Origin: Diplonema japonicum
Lineage: Eukaryota; Protista; Euglenozoa: Diplonemea
Reading direction: 5' to 3'
NCBI GenBank assembly: GCA_964019335.1
Contig: OZ025720.1
Span: forward strand, 124,001 to 188,000
DNA: 64,000 nucleotides
In this document: in pieces, positions 57,098 to 64,000 of the stretch
How the letters are laid out: every line of letters begins with the position of its first letter
How positions within the stretch are numbered: the first letter of the stretch is position 1
The notes under the pieces: model-generated
What the model saw: only the letters and a program-made list of their open reading frames with translations
Told to the model about the DNA's origin: nothing
Databases searched by the model: none
Translations under genes and position numbers: made by a program

Positions 57098-57329
57098 TGA
57101 TTTCAATTAGCTTCTACCTTTTTACTTCTTACGTAATCCGTTTTGTAGTTTCCAACAGTCTTTTCCGTTCCTTTACCTCACCTGTTCTCCCTTCCCAGCC
57201 GGTTTTGATTTCTTCGTATTCTTTCAGAGTTGGAACAAATCGAAATCAAAAAAGAAAATGGGGGGGGGGGGGAATATTTGAACAAAAAGAAAAAAACGTT
57301 CTCACGGAAGTGGGATGTATCGCTCACCC

Positions 57330-59258
57330 TTATTTTTTCTTCTGTTTAAGCAACCTCCCGATGCCACCAAGCTTCCTCATCTTCGAAATTTTCGCCCGCA
57401 TCGGTGTGCGAGGGCTTTGCGGAAGGGGCTGTTCTGGCTTCAAGCCAGATTCAGAGCCTATGACAACCGTGGTAGGAGAAATAGAGATACGCCTGAACGA
57501 GGCACGGAAAGACGAAGGAGCGGAAGGGCAAAGGGACACCGGGCTTGAAGGGCCGGAAAGGGTTCCGACGGAACTATCGGTGTCTGAAGACCAGTCGGTC
57601 GCGAAATTACTGATTGAATTACGTTGGGGTGCCCAGTTCCCAGCGAGGATCATGCCTGTGAGGTCTCGGAGGCTAGTGTCGGGCTTTCTGCCGCCCCGTC
57701 GCCAGTTCAAGAAATTACTGGCATATTGTTGGTCCTTTTTGTCACGAAGGCCTTTCTGTACCCTGCTGGAGTAGGTATCGATTCTGTCACAACCCGAAAA
57801 AAAACTCCCGACACGATCCCTCCTTCGCGGTGACGTGAAACCCTCGTTGTCGATCGTCGGTAGAAAACCATTTCTCCGGTTTCTAAGAACCTTCTCAACC
57901 CCGTTGAACTCCTGTACACTGCTGTGTAGTATCTCACGGAAGTGCAATGTGGTGTCGTATACGGGGTTCTTCAATTTTTTCTCGCGGATGTCGGTCCGGA
58001 ACTCCTTTCTGCGGTGGACCAGAACGTCGCGTAGAACCCCTGCTTTGAAGCTTTTTGACGATTGTATTTTTTCGAGCTGCAGGATGGCGATCTCGACCAT
58101 CGTGGGGTCGTTCAGCTTGGTGCCGAACGCGATCTCCTCGTTGAGCGTGGCCACGCTGTCGGCTTGCCACTCGTTCCACTCCTTTATAACCATGAGAATT
58201 TGCCGTTTAACGACTGCCTGGATGCGTCTTATAAAACATTGTATTCTTATTGTCGCCCGTCGGAACATTTTTACAATCGCGTAGAACTGCTGGCTTTTGT
58301 TCAGTTCGGAGAGCAGTTTTTTAACCTGCGTGGTGGCGGTGACGAGCCTTCCCATTGATACCGAGCCGAAGACTGTTCGGAAGGCAGCGGGGCAGCTTGA
58401 CAGCCCGACGAGATCGTCCGCGGAACGAGGAGCTTGTTGCCCTGGCTGCGTTTTAAAGGTGTAGGTTTCCAAAGGTATCAACCTAATCAGTTTCAAATCG
58501 GAGTCTGTTCTGTGGAAATACTGTGCAGTCAATGATTTGTAAATATCGGTGCAGCAGAACATGACAACATCTTCGTCGGAAGCATACTGGACCGGATTGT
58601 TATTGAACGGGTGGCACTGCAGCTGGTAGTCCCCGTTCAGGTACAGCATCCTGCCGGAGAACGAAATCTCAGAGGAGCTCAACGTCACCAGCGAACGGTC
58701 GTTCGGAACTGTGAACCACGGTGGGGAATCGAACCTCGACAGTGCGGAAGGATCGGACAATACACTGTGGACCCTTTCCCAGATCGCTGGGGTGATGAAC
58801 GCCTTTGAGAACAGCGGGGAATGTATCGGGTTCGATGAAGTGTCCCAAGAGGATATCCATTCTGTTACGTCCTCCAGCCCCACCATGGCGGAGTAGTTGG
58901 TGGGCTTTAAATTGTGGTAGTCTAGTAGGCCCAGATCGTGGTTGTTCACTTTGAGCCATTCTAGGATTTTAAGGTGTCCTCCTGCTGCTGCGAAGTGTGC
59001 TGCAGTGCAGCCGTCTTTGTCGCGTATATTTGCTTTGCCGTTGTGGAGTTGCATCCACTTCAGAACCTCCAGGTGTCCTCCTTGAGCTCCTAGGTGCCAC
59101 GCGGTTTGAGCGGTGGCTTGGTCGGTGATGGTGTCGACTGCGGGCCTCCCGCATCTTTCCCAGCTCTCCTGCATGGCGGGGTTGTTGCCTTGCTCTGCCG
59201 CGGCGAGAAATTCCTCCCACAGGCTGCATGCTTGCTGCGCTTCGGGGGGTCTTGCCAT
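57330..59258 (-). CDS. Ankyrin-repeat protein with IQ-like motif
   Basis: TAWHLGAQGGHLEVLKW and TAAHFAAAGGHLKILEWL; ATIRIQCFIRR. Confidence 0.88.
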   Translation of the reverse strand: MARPPEAQQACSLWEEFLAAAEQGNNPAMQESWERCGRPAVDTITDQATAQTAWHLGAQGGHLEVLKWMQLHNGKANIRDKDGCTAAHFAAAGGHLKILEWLKVNNHDLGLLDYHNLKPTNYSAMVGLEDVTEWISSWDTSSNPIHSPLFSKAFITPAIWERVHSVLSDPSALSRFDSPPWFTVPNDRSLVTLSSSEISFSGRMLYLNGDYQLQCHPFNNNPVQYASDEDVVMFCCTDIYKSLTAQYFHRTDSDLKLIRLIPLETYTFKTQPGQQAPRSADDLVGLSSCPAAFRTVFGSVSMGRLVTATTQVKKLLSELNKSQQFYAIVKMFRRATIRIQCFIRRIQAVVKRQILMVIKEWNEWQADSVATLNEEIAFGTKLNDPTMVEIAILQLEKIQSSKSFKAGVLRDVLVHRRKEFRTDIREKKLKNPVYDTTLHFREILHSSVQEFNGVEKVLRNRRNGFLPTIDNEGFTSPRRRDRVGSFFSGCDRIDTYSSRVQKGLRDKKDQQYASNFLNWRRGGRKPDTSLRDLTGMILAGNWAPQRNSISNFATDWSSDTDSSVGTLSGPSSPVSLCPSAPSSFRASFRRISISPTTVVIGSESGLKPEQPLPQSPRTPMRAKISKMRKLGGIGRLLKQKKK

Positions 59259-59893
59259 ATATTTCTTCTCCCCCCCCCCCCCCTCTTTTCTTCCCGTTTG
59301 TTTGCTTTTGTTTTACATCTGCAAAAATAAAAGAGAAGGAAATAAACAAAGGTGAGGGGGGGGGGGGGGGGGGGGTGAAGTTGGCAATAAAATAAATAAA
59401 ACAAAGGAATAACGGTGTGTGTGCGTGTGGAAGGGGAGGGGGGGGGGGGATGGGCCAAATGAGACCGGTTCACGAAGAATTTCAATTAAAAAAAAAATCC
59501 ACTCAAAAAACAAAAAAAAAAACAAAAAAAGCACATCTGATATCTGGGGAGTGCTCGCATTTAGGCGAGTCACATGGCATGGAGTCGTACTAGGTGGATC
59601 TTATGCGGATTGTGGACTTTGTCATTCCCTCCGAGGCATAGAGTGCTTGGGGGAAAGAGGGATTCATGTATTGAACAAGGGTGAAAGAAAAAAAAAACAA
59701 ACTGGACCGGCATAAATGAGGTACTTTCCAGGGGTCCTACACCATATCACCAGCCTCATCACTGATATATTTTCTTTTCATTGCGTTTGATCTTTCTTCT
59801 TTCTTTTTTTTGTTTTCGGTTTTTTTTTTTTTTTCCCTTTTTTCTAGTTGCTTGACTCACCCGATATGGGGACCGGACGGAGGAGTGTGTTTT

Positions 59894-59924
<31 letters not shown>

Positions 59925-60132
59925 CCCCTTCTTTCTCTTTGTCTCTATCAGATTTCTGCCAGCCGGCCTGCCCTCCGTACGAAAAAAAAAAGATATAGAA
60001 AAAAAAAAAAAAATTTTTGTTTGCATCTTTTTTCTTGGGAGTATAATATTCTTTTGTAAGAAGGGACGAGGGGAGGTAGGAGGAAGGAGATGGAAAACCG
60101 CTCAGCGATTGTCCGTACTTCACCTTGTGTGG

Positions 60133-60163
<31 letters not shown>

Positions 60164-60979
60164 AGAAGAAGGGGAAAAAAAAAAAAAAAAATAAGAAACC
60201 GAAAAGGAAGGAACAAAACCTTAGGACAAGAAGAAAAAAAAAAAAAAAAAAAAAGAAGAACTTACTATGTAACGGGGAAGTGTCGCACTCCCCCCCTCCC
60301 CCCATCTATCCCTTGATCTCGTGAGACTTTCTCGTTCTCATCTATCTCCATAAGTTACAACGGAGCTTTCCAAAGAAAGAGAAAAAAAAAGGGAGGGGAA
60401 GGAAATCTGTACCGGGAGCTCTTTATGAACACCTTCGGAAAGGTCGAGTTCCAGTGCAATTTCTTTCCCCCTTTAACGGGAGGAAAAAAGAAGGGGGGGG
60501 GGGTTTTTTTTTTCATATTTTTCCTTTTTTTCTCTCCACCAGCCCAATCCTGAAACAATCAGGCTCAAGTCTACTCAAAAAAAAAAAAAAGAAAAAAAAA
60601 AAAAAAAACGAAGAGTTGGGCGGTTTGTTGCTTGCAAAAGTCCGGGTTGTCCAGCAAAAAAAAAGGGTTAGCCGAACAAATGACACTTTTTTCAGCCTTC
60701 TCTTTATATTAAATATAAAAAAATATATATAGAGGGAGCCTACTTTAGGCTGCGCCACACACAAAAAAAAAAGTGTCCAAATTGCCTTGGAAATCTTAAC
60801 CTGCACTAAACAGGCAATTTCCGTCCAATTTTGTTATTTATTATTATTATTATTATTTTTTTTTTAGCAGCAACGATTCATTTTACAACTATTGTTTTTC
60901 GCGTTCAAAGCAGGGGGGGGGGGGGGGGGGGGAAATGGGGCTTTGATTGCAACACTAGGTGGCGTTAAGCGTGCAATGA

Positions 60980-61259
60980 AGCACGAACTACCTACTTGAT
61001 TACAGGGGGCGCACCTCGGCCGAGCAGTGCTTCTTCTGCGTTCCGCGTCGTGTCCTTAATGCGTGCGGTGTGCTCAACCCTAGCCGGGGCGTCCGGGTAA
61101 CCAAGATTCTGCGCTCGTGCAGTTTGCTGCCTGTTCGTCACCCTGAGCATCTGCGTTACGTTCTTCCACTCGGGCGCTACCGGTGATGACCGACGAGGAG
61201 GTCAACAGCGAACAGCACATCTGATGTACTTCTTATATTTCCATGTTATCCCCACCACC
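60980..61259. repeat. Dispersed repeat family, copy 3
   Basis: Aligns with 3101-3376 and 480-633. Confidence 0.9.
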
Positions 61260-61530
61260 TTATTAAAAAAAAAAAAAAAAAAAAAAAACGCCATTGCACA
61301 TATCATCGTTTCCATAGTATTCTTTTTCTTCGTTTTCTAACCCTGCTTTGGTAGCACCGTAAAAACTTTTTTGTCTCGTGGCGCAGAGAGGATCCCAAGT
61401 GCGCTCGAACAGCTAATCTCTTTTGGAAAAAGAAGAATAAAAAAAAAAAGAAGAAAAAAAAAAAAACCTTTGTGGACATTTTTACAGCTGACGAGCTCAA
61501 ATCTATTTAGTGAACACGAACAAGAAAAAG

Positions 61531-61581
<51 letters not shown>

Positions 61582-62491
61582 GAAAACATTTATTCTTCTT
61601 TTTTGTTTTGTATTGTCTGACTCTTGAAAAGCAAGCCTTTGTTTTCTTGTTTTTCTTTTTTTTTTTGCTTTTTGCTTTTTTTTGCTTTTTGTTTTTTTGA
61701 ATGATATTTCTTACGCACTAAACTGAGACTAACTTACATATTTTCCTTTTTTTATTTTTTTTGAAGTGCGAACCAGCATCGCTAAAGGTGGATAAAAAAA
61801 GAAAAAAAAGAGAGAGAGAGAGAAAAAAAAAAAAAAAAAAGAAACAAAGAAAGAAAGAAGGAACAGTGAGACGACATAAAAAGAAAAAAAACGGGAAAAA
61901 AAAAAAACAATGTGGGTAAAGTCTTTAAAAAAAAAAAAAATCTTTCAGCTGAGCGGAATGACATAAAAATACACCCACCTTAACTTGGTTGCTTATAAAC
62001 CGCCTGGCGTACAAGCAACTGAAAAAAAAAGGAAAAAAAAAAAAAAAAAAAGGGCTTTGAACACTAAGTGGCGCTAAGTGTAGCAACTAAAAGAAAAGAT
62101 GAAGCCAACTGTAATATGGTGAAAGATCTCTCATATCTCGCACGCGGGGGTTGGGTACGTGATGCGGGTAGGCGTTTGCGATTACTAGCCCGCCCTCATT
62201 TTTTCTTTTTTTTTTTTCCCCCCGTCCTTGAGACGAAATCATGTTTCTACGGAGACAGGGAAGACGCAGGAATACTTCAAGGTGTGGGGAAAAAAAAGGG
62301 GGGGGGGTTTTCTTTATGACTTGTTGTTCGCACTTTTTGTGGTTGATCGCGCAAAAGCCAAAAAAATTTAAACAATTTAAAAAGAAAAACAAACCCCCCC
62401 CCCCCTTCGGTCAATAAAAAGGTCAAAACAAGAGTGTGAAATGTGAAAAAGAAGAAGGATAAAAAGAGAACGGAGAGGAGAAGAAAGAAGG

Positions 62492-62520
<29 letters not shown>

Positions 62521-62524
<4 letters not shown>

Positions 62525-62576
62525 TCATCATCTACCACACCTTCCTCGCCCTCTGGGATGTATAGGAACGATTGTA

Positions 62577-62618
<42 letters not shown>

Positions 62619-64000
62619 CCTCTCCAAATCCCCTCCCCCACATACCAGCCCCTTTCCTTTCAACATAGTTTTCCCCCGGGAAACAAAAGGAAGCGACGGC
62701 AACCGGTACCTCGTTTCATGAGACACCTGAATGGTGCCTATCGGCGCAGAGGTGCTGAACCTCGCCGCGATGTTGACACTGTCCCCAAAGATGTCGTAAG
62801 CAAAATTCGAGGTACCAAGTAACCCAGCAGACAGCTTACCAGTGTGCACCCCAGCACGAGTAGGCACCTTGCCATATGGGAACGATGAGGCCACCTGAAG
62901 CGCTGAGATGCAGAACTCAGTCACCTGTTGTGCGTGGTTCACCGCTGTAGGCGACGTGCAACCGCTGACCACCACATAAGGTATGTTTTTAAGCTTTACA
63001 ACGTCAGGTGTCTTCATCAGCAAGTCATCGACCACCCTGAGCAAGCTGTTCAGTCTATCTACTAAGTCCGACGGGCTTGCCTGACTGTCATTCGTCACGG
63101 ATACCACGTCCTGGAACTGAATGAACCCCACCGTCGCAGAGTCCACGTTGTGGACAACACTCTTCTCCCCCCTCCCTAGCTGTTGAAGGACCTCGGGGGG
63201 TATGCTGTTCAGCAGCATTCTTTCAGCGGTGTTGACCGACTTGTCGATGGCGTCTCGTTCTATCAGAATTCGTTGCTCTTCTAACCAAGCAGAGCGTGAG
63301 GACCGTTCGTTGGCCAATGATGCAAGCACACCGGAACCTTCCAATAAGAGGAAGGCTATCGCGGGCATCACGATGTTTGTCCTGTCCTGCTCGATGTAGA
63401 AGACCAATGCGTGTGCTACTACCGTCGCTGAGATCCCTGCAACCTTGACCGTGACACAGAGTGTCGGGTGCAGCCCTAGGAGGAGTGCCACCTGTGCGGC
63501 GATGCCGATGTTGCCAGCAGTCTCATCGACGACGATGTACTTGTACAGCCCGCAAGAGACGCCTGAGTAGATAGAAAGCACCCATGCGTAGAACAGCAAG
63601 GTGTGCCGGAGGGAGGCCTTCAAGGCCCACGGTATTGCCAGCATCGCGACGCATCCCACCATCACCCACACGATCCACAAGCCTTCGTGTTCGATTCTCA
63701 TCGCCACACACCCGGCTGTCACCGCTATGCCTCCTGCAACAAGGGAACAATACGCCTGGGGAGGGGGGTTTGTTTTTTTTTGTTTCGACATACTGCGAAA
63801 GTACCAAACTGCACCTCCATAGTGTCTCTGTAGCGCCGCTCTGTTACTTCGCAGCTGAAACTCACACCGGATTGTTGCAACGAAAGCGGTTCGTGTTCAT
63901 CTGGGGATATTGTAAAAAAAAAAATAAAAAAAAAATTAAAAAAGCATACAAAGCTTATCCCGCAAAGAACCGTCCAAGTTCCGAAACGTGCTGCGAGAGA
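62521..64000 (-). CDS. Membrane adenylyl cyclase-like protein, 5' end outside the window; introns 63949-63901, 63793-63756, 62645-62578
   Basis: Multi-TM block, then AERMLLNSIPPEV, RAGVHTG, YDIFGDSVNIAAR and KGKG. Removing three GTATG..AG introns gives one open frame to the window edge and the tail KGKGLVQSFLYIPEGEEGVVDDE*. Confidence 0.88.

Noticed and set aside
59530-59770. Possible C/D snoRNA (GTGATGA on the minus strand)
   Set aside because: No properly spaced D box or terminal stem was seen.
63-62531. Numerous 60-220-aa ORFs rich in poly-Lys, Phe, Pro or Gly
   Set aside because: They are translations of homopolymer tracts with no protein-like composition.

Overview
Eukaryotic nuclear DNA, most consistent with a euglenozoan, probably a diplonemid. 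This is an inference from three things: all ~19 credible protein genes lie on the minus strand like a polycistronic cluster, there are short GT-AG cis-introns, and there is a 15-nt match to the 3' end of the euglenozoan spliced leader. Intergenic DNA is dominated by A/T and G/C homopolymers, so most short ORFs in the track are spurious. Genes include a carotenoid-oxygenase-family enzyme with PTS1, a four-domain Ca/Na channel (DEEE filter), a PHO80-like cyclin, a PPP phosphatase, two degenerate class III cyclases, an EF-hand protein, two tandem START proteins, a Kelch-BTB protein, a pseudo-caspase/IQ protein, a YccV-like protein, RRP8 and an ankyrin protein. Spacers hold many transposon relics: piggyBac, a Sola-like element, a foldback, several MITEs, two Crypton-like hairpin elements, an SL-capped retroelement remnant, and a 4-copy dispersed repeat with one copy abutting a 5S rRNA-derived sequence. 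The most striking pattern is that most reconstructable cis-introns are tiny and have A/purine tracts before the 3' AG, whereas putative trans-splice acceptors upstream of genes have U/C tracts. All calls were made by eye, without database searches.
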